Of a DNA stretch of 34,521 nt, positions 23,030 to 34,521 are shown piece by piece (position 1 is the stretch's first letter; every line of letters starts with the position of its first letter). Source of the DNA: Nemertoderma westbladi (taxonomy: Eukaryota > Animalia > Xenacoelomorpha); NCBI GenBank assembly GCA_032718475.1, contig JAUCBJ010007392.1, positions 1 through 34,521 on the forward strand, written 5' to 3'. The notes under the pieces were generated by a model. That model was not told the origin of the DNA and did no database searches. It saw only the letters and a list, made by a program, of their open reading frames with translations. The position numbers and the translations under genes are program-made.

Positions 23030-23400
23030 CATACCGGTATTTACAATAGGCTTATTATATTTATTTCTATAAATTTGAGCTGAAATTATATACCGGTATT
23101 CTGTAATTAATTCTAGTCTGTAATTATACTTATATATATACTATAAGTGTAAGCTGTATACCGGTATTCACGATAGGCTTATTATATATTTATATATTTG
23201 CGCTGAAATTATATACCGGTATTCTGTAATTAATTCTAGTCTGTAATTATACTTATATATACTATAAGTGTAAGCTGTATACCGGTATTCACGATAGGCT
23301 TATTATATATTTATATATTTACGCTGAAATTATATACCGGTATTCTGTGACAAACCTAGTCTGTAATAATACTTATATATACTATAAGTATATACCGGTA
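23030..23400. repeat. TACCGGTA array upstream of gag (copy B), including a near-exact ~120-bp tandem duplication
   Basis: TACCGGTA at about 23032, 23091, 23159, 23213, 23280, 23334 and 23393; 23080-23202 is repeated at 23203-23323. Confidence 0.85.
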
Positions 23401-23537
23401 CTCTAATATATTGTATATATATCACATTACATAGAGTAATGATATCGGTAATTAATTACTAGGCTAACAGTGATACTGAATTACTAGACTAGCTTTAACT
23501 GTAATATAGCAGTAGGCATTCAACTGTACAAACAAAT

Positions 23538-26500
23538 ATGTCTGACGCAAAGCAAAACCTGTCAGACAGTCTCCTAGATACAACCATCTGTGACCCAGAT
23601 AGGAGTGTGGAATGTGTGAGACCGAAGTTCAACTCACCTCCTACTGTAAGAAAGATCATCCCTCCAGTAGTAGTATCAGACCCTAGGCTAGTCCAACACT
23701 GTAGGTCTATCATAGGCACTCGAGCTCAAGTCAAGCGAGACCAAGAAGCAGCTGTTGAACAGCAGCAACACTCGAGCCGAGAACTTATTTCTCAGCGGCC
23801 CGACAGCTCCAGTAATGCGGATACTGTAGAGTTGACACCCGAGCGCGGAGCTAAGATGGCAGATGCGGTTTATTCAGATCCCCTTCTCATCCTTCCTGCA
23901 GCCGTACTCACTAGGGTATTGATTGCGGTGGAGGAACACCAAATTGATTGGGCGAGAAGTAAGCGATCGACCAAGGATAGTTATGCGGGACACACAAGGG
24001 AGGAACTGAAGTCTATTGTCGAGTCGCAATGGAACTTCCCCAGACCCGGACTCCTGTTTGACTTAACGGAAGCTGCCTGGGAAGACATACACAGGATGGG
24101 AGTGACAAAAGACACCAGTGATCCAGCTGTATGGAAGAGGTCGGCAGCAGGATACGTACAGGGATTCTTCAGCTCTTTGGAGCGATTAGAGGAACAACTG
24201 TTTCGACAACCCCAAGGACCTCAAGAGCAGGGAGAGCTGCTTTATCAAGTTCGAGAAAGAATTCTAAGAATCAGACTAATCCTATCGGCCTTTGAGGATG
24301 CTTCGAAAAGAAGACAAGACACGTCGTTGCAAGTTGCTGTAAAGACTTGGTTCCAGCGGGTGAGTCTCCAGGTTCAAGGAATGGCCCAGTGGAAAGTTCA
24401 GCTGGCTGAGCGCTCAACCCATGGAGAATCAACAGAAGCTACCTTTTCCCAAGTGGAAAGTGAAGCGACAGCAGAGAAACTGCATGAGAGGGACGCTATT
24501 GACATCTATCTGTCAGACTACCAAAGATTCCTAGGTGACGAAGAGTTGAGGAGATGGCTGTCTGGACTTCGCCCTAATAGTGAAGGAGCCAAGCTTGTGT
24601 TGGACGCAATCGATGCGGAAATGTTAGCTGCGAACCAAGCTAAATTTGATGAAAGACTCCGCATCGCTAGGGTCCAAGAAGAACAAGTCAAGAAAAAATG
24701 TATAGAAGACAGAAAGACAGCAGCAGCGGCAATGGCAGAGGCAGAAGCAGAAAGAAAGGCGGCAGAGGCAGCGGTGGAAAGAAAGGCGGCAGTGGCAGAG
24801 GCAAAAGCGGCAGCGGCAGAGGCGGAAAGAAAGATAGCAGTGGCAGAAGCAGAATGAAGAGCATCTGAAGAGACCATCCAACTAGAGTTGGAAAATATTC
24901 AAGAGAATCAAGACTGCATAAATAAACAGTTAACAGCTAGCCAAATGCAGATGATGAGTCGATCTACTCCCAAACGACAGGGATTTACATCCTCTGATGA
25001 AGGCGATACCACCGATCCTGAAGGCGGAGGAAATAGATCTCGTCTAAGTAGGCGTAGAAGAATGTCCCACCGTCAGAAATTGCCTGATTTGCCCCCAGCT
25101 GTTAGAAGGCAACTAGCTAGCACAGACTTAGGTAGTACAGAACCCACAGTAGTAGATAGTAGATGACTATAGTAGCACTATAGTAGATGAACCTGAAATA
25201 ATTAGGCCTGTTCTCGAAGCCACCCCTTCGGTGATAGAGACACCTGTACTCCCAGAACCTACCTCTAAATTCCCTTTGCACAGTACTAAACTACCTGTGC
25301 CCAGTAGGGCTGTTCCCGAATCTGAACCCATCCTGGATGCCGAGCGAGATATCAAGAACTTATCGCCCGTCGTCTCTCGCTCGCCCGCTACTACGTTGGC
25401 GACTCCCGCTTCGGCGGTCGAGTGGGTAGCTGAGGGACGACGGGAGATGGGTCTCCTGCTCGGGCAGCTGAGGGAACACCGTAAGTGCTCCTCTCAGCAG
25501 GTCCGGGAGATGGAAGGAACTGTTCAGCAGTTCAAGGGCACAGTAAGGGAAAGTAGGTTGGAGTTGCAAGAGGTGCAGCAGAGTATTGCGTTGGAACGCG
25601 ACAAATTAGTAAATACCCAAAGGGGTATACCACCAACCCCGGTAACAATATGTCAACCTGTTAGGTCTGAAGTATTTCATGCGCAAGGTGTGGAGCCTAC
25701 ACGCATCTATACTGCTAGTGAAGTAGAAACTCCTATAGTAAACCCTATTAAGGGTAATTATAAACCTGTTGACGATGATATTCCATATAGACCTGATAAT
25801 AATCCGAGAAATTTATATACCGATAACTCGATATTAAATAATACGATGGCCCAAGAAAGTTTTACGCGTCAAATGGCTAGAACCGAAGCCCGTCAAGCGG
25901 TAAAGGTGGGAGAGATCGTCAAGTTTAATGGAGATGAGATGAAATGGTTACCTTTTAATGAATATTACAAAGATAACATACAGAACTCTGTGTTATCTAA
26001 CGGAGAGAAACTTAGATTCCTCATCGAGTGCTTGGAAGGATCTCCCAAGTTAATGGCGTTAAAGTTTATTGGACATCCAGATGGATTAAGACAAGTTTGG
26101 GATACCCTAAACATCAGGTATGGTAATAGGAATAATATAGCTAGGTATTTGTATGCAAAATTGGAAGCGCCCCGAAAATTCATTAGCAGTGGGATTATAG
26201 AGTTTTCCGATGAGATTCAGGAGATCTGTAGACAATTAGATTGGCTAGGTAAGTCTCATGAATATCAGAGTTCTATGGTTATTGGAGCCGTGGCCTCTAC
26301 TTTACCGAAGGGTGGAGTAGGTCCACGCTGGGATAAGAAAGTGTTTTATATGATGGAACAACAACGACGAGACCCTACCATGGCTGATCTCATGTCATTC
26401 TTAGATAGAGAAGTAAAATTACAGCTCCTAAAGCAGTCCAGAGAGAAGACACCGGAAAACAAGGTAAGTGAGAAACCCGTTTCTAGGAGAAAGGTAACAC

Positions 26501-27096
26501 CAGTGTGTTATACCGACGACGGCGAAAGCCAGGCTTCTCAAGAAGAGGACAGCGGGAAAGACACTGAAAGATCTTATTATGTCAACAAAACGCCTAAAGA
26601 CGTAAGTAAATTCAAGTCTCGAACCAATGACAGGAGAGAACAGGTAAGAAAAACTCCTCCTACGTCTCCTAAGAGAATTCATGTAAGAAAGCCCGAAGAA
26701 AGAACGAGTGTGCACAACGTTACTCAAAATAAGGTAAGTAACATCAAACCGAAATGTGCGCTGTGTGACGGGCCCCACCGTTTGAATGTGTGTGTTGAAT
26801 TCCTAAAGAAATCATTAAAGGATAGACGGGAAGTCATGTGGGATAAGCGGTTGTGTTATAATTGCCTCAGACAAGGACACCAACAGCGAACCTGTTACTC
26901 CGACGCAAGGTGTGCGAAGTGCGGCGCAAAACATCATATCTTGTTGCACACTGAATTCGAACGAAACAGCTCGAGTCAGGTAAGTGAGTCCGAACTACAT
27001 GTCCAATTCAGTGATGTGAACGACACTGACCAAGGTTCTGAGATAGAAGGATTCTATACGGACGAATTCTCTGACGAAAACGAATCCTGTTACTAG
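23538..27096 (+). pseudogene. gag: BEL/Pao gag (long N-terminal extension, capsid-like region, three zinc knuckles), disrupted
   Basis: KFNGDEMKWLPF...EKLRFLIECLEG...L..RYG capsid-like motifs; CALCDGPHRLNVC, CYNCLRQGHQQRTC, CAKCGAKHHILLH; TGA at 24855 (CGG in copy A); frameshift at 25150-25176. Confidence 0.9.
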
Positions 27097-30000
27097 ATAA
27101 ATACCGCAGTGTATCGAGCACTTACGTATGAAAAGGACACCGACAGTGAGCTCCCCCTAACTACTTCTGACCGACAACCATCTTGGAAAGCACCAACTTC
27201 CAATGTAGGAATCAGAGAATTTCCCGTAGTGCAGTTGAGGGTCCACGGACCTGAAAGGAGTTATATAGTGAATGCCCTCCTTGACTCCGGTAGCACAGGA
27301 ACATTCATCGACAAAGAACTAGCCGAAGACATCTTTGCTGGACAACCCAAGTTCCGAACTAAGTTAAACATGTCAGGAATTATGCAGGTTTGGAAATCTA
27401 CAGTAATAGCAGATTATTATGTAGGTGCGTTGTCCACCCCCCATGATGAACTAGGAGAACACAGTATAAGGTCAGTAAAAATGGTGGCGATAAAGAACTT
27501 CGCTACCAGCCAAGTAGAACCTTATAACTGGGATGAGGACGATTTCAACCAGCAGCTTAAGATACCTAGATTCAATACAGACTACCCTGGAGTGCAAATA
27601 CTCATCAGCCAAAATGCGCATGAGGCGCTTGAGACATTGGAGAAACGGCCTGCTCAACCGCAACCACTACAAGCCTATGCGGGAAGAACTAGAGTAGGTT
27701 GGTACTTTACTGGCCCTTCCCGTAGAACTCTCATGGAAAGGTTACCAAAAGAACGGGTATACCAGGTAAGTGAATGGGAAGCGGAGAGCAGTGAGGTAGA
27801 CGACCCAACTGAGGGAACACCATACTCCTCAGATAATGACGATATCCACCAACTCTTCGACGAGGAAAATTTCCTCATCGACCTCCTTACGGAAAACGAG
27901 ACTTGGCAAAACCAAGTGAACCTATGTCAACTCATTCATCCATCATGACAAGTCGACTATTTTGACAAACTGAATGACGTGATAGATCGCTACAACGCGA
28001 GGACTCGGGATGAACATGCCGTACGATTCTTTACTCAAGAGGCTGTAGAGCCCAATTCCTACGATAAGGCCCTATCGGTAGAAGAAGAAAGAGCCAAGCA
28101 GATCCAGGAGACAACTACACGTTTTCTTAAAGATCAAGGTAGATATGAAATCGGTCTACCATTCAGAAAGCGAGAACCAAAATTCATAAACAACCGACCC
28201 TTGGCGGATAAAAGAATTGCACAACTACATCGACGCCTTACGGCAAATGCTTCAGCTAAAGAAATGTACCAGACTCAGTTGAAGAAATTTATTAACAAGG
28301 GATATGCGGAGCAAGTACCGGAAGAAACACCCATAACAGAGAGAACGTAATATCTAACACATCATTACGTTCCCAAACCCGGTAAACCCAATGAAGTCCG
28401 GGTAGTATTTGATGGCTCCGCCCTCTACATGGGCCAATCCCTTAATTCCGAGTTGTTACCAGGACCCAACTTACTCCAATCCTTGTTGGGAATACTCTTA
28501 AGATTACGACAATATTCAATCGCTTTCGCTTCCGATATAGAAGGCATGTTCTTACAAGTCAAGGCGCTGGATAGGGATCGAGACAGCCTACGATTTCTGT
28601 GGTGGCCTGAAGGAGACCTCAACCAGAAACCGGTGGAGTATTGGATGACCATCCAGGCTTTTGGGATCATCTCAAGCCCTTCAAACGCCTGCTCAGTGGT
28701 GCGCACCACTGCTGATGACAACCGGGATGCCTTCTCTAAAGAGGTGATCGATAACATCAAACGGGATATATACATGGACGACAATTTAAAGTCCCTTCCA
28801 TCGGTGGAAGAAGCCATTGATGTCGCCAAAGGAACGGTAGAGTGTTTAAAAAGAGGTGGATTTCGATTGACTAAATTCACCAGCAACTCCCGTGAGTTTC
28901 TGGAATCGATCCAGGTAGAAGATCGAGGAGCGAAAGATCTAGACCTAATCAAAGACGATCTTCCAGAAACCAAAACACTTGGTTTGAAATGGGACACAGA
29001 GAGAGACATCCTGTTTTTCCAGCTCAAACAGCGAGATAATCCAGTTCGGACTAAACGGATTTGTTTAAGTATCCTGAGCACTTATTTCGATCCATTGGGA
29101 TTTATTAGCCCAGTTATATTGATTGCTCGGAGTTTAGTACAACAAATGTGGCTTGAAAACCACTCATGGGATGATCCACTTAAGGGAGAACTATTAAAGA
29201 AGTGGATGAAATGGGAAGATTCTCTACCAGCCATCGAGAACTTTATAATTTCCCGTTCATATTTTGGTCATGTTCTCCCTACGTATTCCTATCAACTCCA
29301 TGTGTTTGGAGACGCCAGCGATATGGGAATAGGTATAGTAGCCTACCTGAGAGTTGAAACTCCGGATGGAATCAAAGTCGCCTCTAAAGTTTACCTCTAA
29401 GGCATTGATAAACAACAAGTTGAAAGTTCCTCGAGCGGAGTTAAAAGCGGCTCTATACGCTACAGCCATCGGCCGGTATGTAACAGAACAGATCGAATAT
29501 CCACTGGAGAAAACTGTCTATTGGACCGATGCTTTACTCGTGTTGGAGTATATAATCAATGAAGTCTGTCAGTTCAGCGTCTTTGTTACCAACAGAGTAG
29601 CCATTATACTTAGTCGCATGAAGATGGATCAATGGAGACATTGCCCCGGAACGATTAATCCAGCAGACATCGCCTCCAGGGGAGCAACTCCACAAGAACT
29701 GATAGATACTCCAGACTGGTTAGGTGGACCCGACTTCCTAATCAAAGAAGAGGATGAATGGCCTCCTCATCTTACTACGGCGGAGATTAGACAGGCCAAG
29801 AGAGCGGAGAAAGTCAAACCTAAAACTCGGGCGAGTAAATCGAAGTTATTTAAACCCGTGGTAGATCTGTCTGTACTACACACTTCCAGAGACGACGCTT
29901 TGGATCCGAAACCCACCGCCACAAATAAGTCTGTTGTGGAAATCAGAGAGAAGGATTGGAAATCTGGAATACCAGACGTCTCGCAAGGACTCTCACCTCT

Positions 30001-31459
30001 CCTGCAGAGAGCGATATATCACTACAGTTCCTGGAATCGGCTCTGTAAGGCCGTTACATATTTAAAGCGATGTTTTCATCATCACTACTCCAGGAAGGAC
30101 GATCTTAAGGGATCGTTTCTCTATCACAATGATAGATGGGTTGATACGTGTTCGAGGAAGATTAACTAATGCTCCATTATCCTTTGACACTAAGTTCCCA
30201 TACTCATTAGAAATCTTGAAATACAAATCAAGATGATTGTAGATGTTCACAGCAAACTTTATCATGCTGGTAGAGAACGAGTTCTTAGCGAAATTCGAAC
30301 TCGCTATTATTTTTATAAACCCTGTAGAGCTCTGAACCAAGTTCTTAGGAACTGCATACCCTGTAGGAAAGCATTCAGTAGGCCTTTAACACAGCGAGAG
30401 GCAGAATTACCTAGGGAACGAGTAAGCTTCTATGAACCACCCTTTACTAATACCGGTGTAGATTTATTTGGCCCTATTGAAGTATATCGTGCTAGGACTA
30501 TAGTCAAGAGATGGTGTGTCATCTTTGTTTGTATGACTTGTAGAGCTATCCATCTCGATATGGTGAACGATTTATCTACCAACAGCTTCCTATTGAGCTT
30601 ACGCCGACAGATCGCTCGCTTTAGAACTAGTGACACGATGAGATCTGATAAGGGAACGAACTTTATTGGTGCCAACAATGAAATCAAGGCTTACGTCAAA
30701 GATTGGAACCAAAGACAGGTGGACGATCAGCTAAGGGTAACAGCGTCTAGCTGGACCTTCAACGCCGCCGACGCCCCTTGGTGGGGAGGAAGTTGGGAGA
30801 GATTAATCAGGAGCGTGAAGACCACATTTCACTTTATAGTGCCGTGCCGCGCGTATCTCACCGACGAACTTTTGCGGACGTTAATGGAGGAAATCGCCAC
30901 CTATCTCAACGAGAGACCGCTTATGCCAGTCTCATCGAGTCCCGATTCCCTGGAAGCGCTAACACCCGCGCACTTCCTACTGAAGAAACCTGTAGCCATG
31001 CTCCCACGATCGGAAATCACAGACGGAGACGAATACTGCCGGCAAACTTGGCAACTTATGCAGTTGTTATCCCGTTGTTTCGCTGACCATTTCAAAAAAC
31101 ATTATCTGCCCACGCTACAACTTCGAACTAAGTTGTTTGCGCAGCAAGAAAACGTCAGCGCTGGAGACATGGTCCTTATTGTGGATTCAGATCTTCCACG
31201 TAAGCGGTGGCAGACAGGTCGTATCATCGAGACTCACATCTCGGATGATGGTTTGGTGCGATCGGTAGAACTCGTCGTCATGCGACGTAACTTTAAGAAA
31301 CCGGGAATTGTCTTCGAGACACAGCAGCTCAATCGCCCAGTTGGTCGTTTATGTTTACTGGAAAGAGACAGAGAACTCTCCGGAAACTATGGAAAGCAAG
31401 ATACTCTTCCCACGACCACCTCCCTAATCCAACAAACATCTAGGGACTCCCCAACGTAA
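27097..31459 (+). pseudogene. pol: BEL/Pao pol (aspartic protease, RT, RNase H, integrase), disrupted
   Basis: ALLDSGS; RVVFDGS, SLNSELLPGPNL, DIEGMFLQV, YMDD (28771-28782); FGDAS, PRAEL, WTD, NPADIASRG; H..H/CIPC, GVDLFGP, SDKGTNF, GGSWERLI. Stops at 27946 and 28348; frameshifts at ~29385 and ~30115-30200. Confidence 0.95.
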
Positions 31460-31970
31460 CAGCGTCTGGAGTGGGTGTATGACTATACTATTTTGTATTT
31501 GTTTCATTATTTTATATTTATGTATGTATTATTATGTAATTTTATTATAATCGTTTTCTTTAATTTTATTTAGTAGAATGTTATTTTAACGATTATTTAG
31601 TAGATTAGTGCCATATATATATTCGCGTTTATTACTTAATTACTTATATATTATATATTTAGTGCGACGGCGAGAAATAACTATTATTCGTATTACATTA
31701 TAAATACGTAACTACAGTAAGATAAAATATCCGTACTTATTAAAGTACAATAAAGCTCCTACTATATTCAAGTATTATTGGTAAGTAGAGTATTAGGCAT
31801 GCAAAATTCACATCCTCGTGTCTCGGCTAAACCAAGCTCTGGGTAGACCTTGGAAACGACTTGCCTCTTCTCACTGACATTGCTTCTTGCGATATTGCTC
31901 TCATACCGTATATTAAATAATACATATAGTAGCGTGATGTCCCTTTAACAGTAGCGTAAAACGCAAAATA

Positions 31971-32290
31971 AATCTGTTAAACCTTTTGACCATCTGTAAT
32001 TCTAGTCGATTAAGATATCGCGGCACCCACCGATATACTTGAAAGACAAAATTCTAGAATCAGTGGTTAACGTCCCCAGACAAGTTCTGGAATAAACTGG
32101 TGCCCATCCTAAATATTAATTATTAATATTTATAAAATCTGTCAAATTTTAGATCCTTTAAAATTCTAGTCTATTAAGATATCGTAGCACTTACCGATAT
32201 TCTTAAAAAGACCAATTTCCTAGAATCAAGGATCCCAGTCCCCAGACATGTTCTGGAATAAAATTGTGTCTATTTAATATTAAATAATAA
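31971..32290. repeat. Diverged ~164-bp tandem duplication downstream of pol
   Basis: AATTCTAGTC.ATTAAGATATCG...CCCAGACA.GTTCTGGAATAAA occurs at ~31998-32097 and ~32162-32262. Confidence 0.85.
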
Positions 32291-33066
32291 AATTTACGGG
32301 AATAAATTTAAATTCATCTTTTAATGAATTTGATAAATTGTCATTTTTATACAATTTATAACATTCCCAAAATTCCATAAATTAATAGATCATGGGAGCG
32401 GAGATTCACCCTATTAAGTGTATTAGTGTGCGAGAATCTCCAATATATAGTCAATAGCCGATAAAATTCATAAAATCATGTATAAAGGGGATATTGACAA
32501 TTAAAGAATTACTATTAAATAGCATCCCAGATCTGTATGCATGGGAATTACCCTAATTCTACCTCTAGCTATAGCAACAACCACACTAGAATTAGAAGTG
32601 AGTTAAAAGAACAATAGAAAGCTTGCCCCATTGAATAGCATAGGGAGTAAATAGCACACTGCTAGTATCCAAGGATACATAATAATAACGTGGCATTCTG
32701 GAAGGCACTGACTAATGGACAAATGGCCCGAATGTGTACAATTTGTGACAGTTGTGTGGAATTTGTGCGTTTATAGGCGAATGTTACTACTAAAGTGTGT
32801 TTACAGTAGCGAGTCGCAATTGTGAAAGTAGCCCTAACTCTGCAGCAAGAACCTGAAGTAAATCTAAGCCTTTGGGACGGACAGTGGAGTGACTTGTGCC
32901 GGTTATCGTTGTCGTTGTGTAGCTACTACGTTGGCGAAAAACACAGCGACGACAGTACATCGGCGCTGAGGATCTTGCACTGTCCGGGGGCAGAGAGGGG
33001 TAGGCAGCGACGCCCGCTAGCCTAAATATAAACTCATTATAATATTGATAAACTCATATAGCAGAT

Positions 33067-34521
33067 ATGACTGAGTTGATAGAAGATGATCTTGGTATCA
33101 GGGAGCGATATACTCTACCTTTACAAGCGTTTGTTGATAGCTTGATACGCGGTGACGCTGGTCCAACTACTACGGAGGACGATGGTCGTTATATCGAACC
33201 GCCAATGTCCCAGGAGTAACTTACGCGTGAATTGGACTATAGAAAATTCACCGCTCGCTATACGCATCGTAATGGTACGTATATGGACTTCTTAACTACC
33301 GGCCATCCTATCGATTTACACGATACGGACGATGTAGACACCGAAAGGGAAATGGTTTTATTTAAATATCATACCCAGCGGAGTCGGAACGATAAACCGA
33401 GAATGGAACACGAGAATTCTATTTGAAACAGACTCGAAAGAGAAGATGTTGAAGAGCCAGATAAACGCAGCGATTTCAACGATTATCTGGAATTCCTGAG
33501 AGAAACATATCTCAATATTGCCAGTCAACAAAATCTAGAAACTCGATATCCTCAAGGTATACATCATGACCCTATGATAGAACTCAAACGACTCTATTTC
33601 ACTATGATGTATCTTACCGCCGATCGACCGCTACCTGTCATCCCAGATAACTTCGAACAGATGGAGGAATATTGTAAAACTGGAGAACGATCACCCGCGT
33701 TTCCCCTGCAGGACGTGCGTCTTTGGTATTACTGCGACGAATGCCCTAGACCCAATCAGCAAACGGAAAGACATTAACATCCGCGGAGACGTTGCGCTAA
33801 ACACAGTTTTACACGATATGCTTTTGGGAGTTTCGAGCGAAACCTGTTCGACGTATCACCTACGCTCGCTCGACTCAAACGATCCTTAAATAAACCGATG
33901 ATCAGAGTTCCGGAATACTCGGTCAGACCTCCTCATTCCTCAGTGAGACCTCAAACGCTTGATCCTAATAGTATGACGGATCCCCCTGAACTGTTCTCAC
34001 TATTTAAAGATCTTGTGTTACCCGAACAATTGATCGGTGGCACTCCGGTAGTGGGCTCTCTAGATATTCGCCAACCCTACCTAGCCGGATTAGGACGCGG
34101 TCATCTAATATCGCCGTTTAACCCGTACAACCGTCCAGGCTTAACCCCGATACAACCCGTTACCGAAGTCGAAGAGAGTGTTGTACGAAAAGCGTTAGAC
34201 GCTATTCGGCAGAAGATTGGAAAAGGAACTTACGATTGTTTAGAGAAACGCAAATTGCAGCAACAAGTCCAAGCGGTGAAAGAATTAGCTTTACCCCAGT
34301 TCGATAGAGAAATCCAGAATCTCGAGGAAGACATCGAACGTGGACGAACCTACTCTCTACAAGAGTTCCTAGACGAGCGTTTACAACAACAAGCGGAGGA
34401 AAATCAGCTCGAGGAGAAACACATAGAAATGGATGAGAGAGAAGAAGCAGCTTTAGCCCAGCCAGAAGCTCAAATCCTTATGACGGATCTCTATTCTAAA
34501 ACCATCATCCATCCTTCGATG
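33067..34521 (+). pseudogene. Long ORF of unknown function (at least 485 codons, three in-frame stops, runs off the window)
   Basis: ATG at 33067; one frame links the track ORFs 33232 and 33574 and stays open from 33778 to the end; stops TAA 33217, TGA 33424, TAA 33775; no frameshift; Glu/Gln-rich coiled-coil-like C-terminal part. Confidence 0.75.

Larger units (their letters stand above)
19123..34521 (+). mobile_element. BEL/Pao LTR retrotransposon copy B (degenerate; 3' LTR not in the window)
   Basis: Starts TGTAAAGG where homology with copy A begins; gag with triple zinc knuckle; PR-RT-RH-IN order with BEL/Pao-type motifs. Inclusion of 31460-34521 is inferred. Confidence 0.85.

Noticed and set aside
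23030-23400. CRISPR-like regularly spaced palindromes
   Set aside because: Spacers are related to each other (tandem duplication), the context is eukaryotic and there are no cas genes.
23586-24455. Spliced intron explaining the Gag indel
   Set aside because: Boundaries are AT...TG, not GT...AG.
27094-27096. Programmed readthrough of TAG at the gag-pro junction, or an alternative genetic code
   Set aside because: BEL/Pao usually have one ORF; all three stop types and several frameshifts occur; copy A has a sense codon at one stop; no readthrough context seen.

Overview
Eukaryotic (invertebrate-animal-like), AT-rich, almost entirely transposon-derived DNA with no host gene. The window is built around two related, very large BEL/Pao LTR retrotransposons lying head-to-head. 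Copy A is on the minus strand, starts at ~17293 and its gag ORF runs off the left edge. Copy B is on the plus strand, starts at ~19123 and carries a degenerate gag-pro-RT-RH-IN (23538-31459) plus a further long unknown ORF (33067 to window end); no 3' LTR is visible in the window. The ~3 kb LTR/leader of copy A is split by ~12.8 kb of nested DNA transposons; TIRs and TSDs can be read directly, and the three primary insertions have empty sites in copy B. They are a hAT-like MITE, two nested CAG...CTG elements with 5-bp TSDs, a full-length pogo element, and a CCC...GGG element holding a CR1 fragment and a hAT MITE. Most interesting: (1) a pogo transposase with an open ORF, a D-to-N change at the third catalytic position and a GW-repeat (Argonaute-hook-like) C-terminal tail; (2) a giant BEL/Pao with an extra non-env-like 3' ORF and a modular Gag N-terminus; (3) an unclassified CAGTTAGG-terminated, 5-bp-TSD DNA transposon group. 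All alignments were made by eye; no database searches were run.
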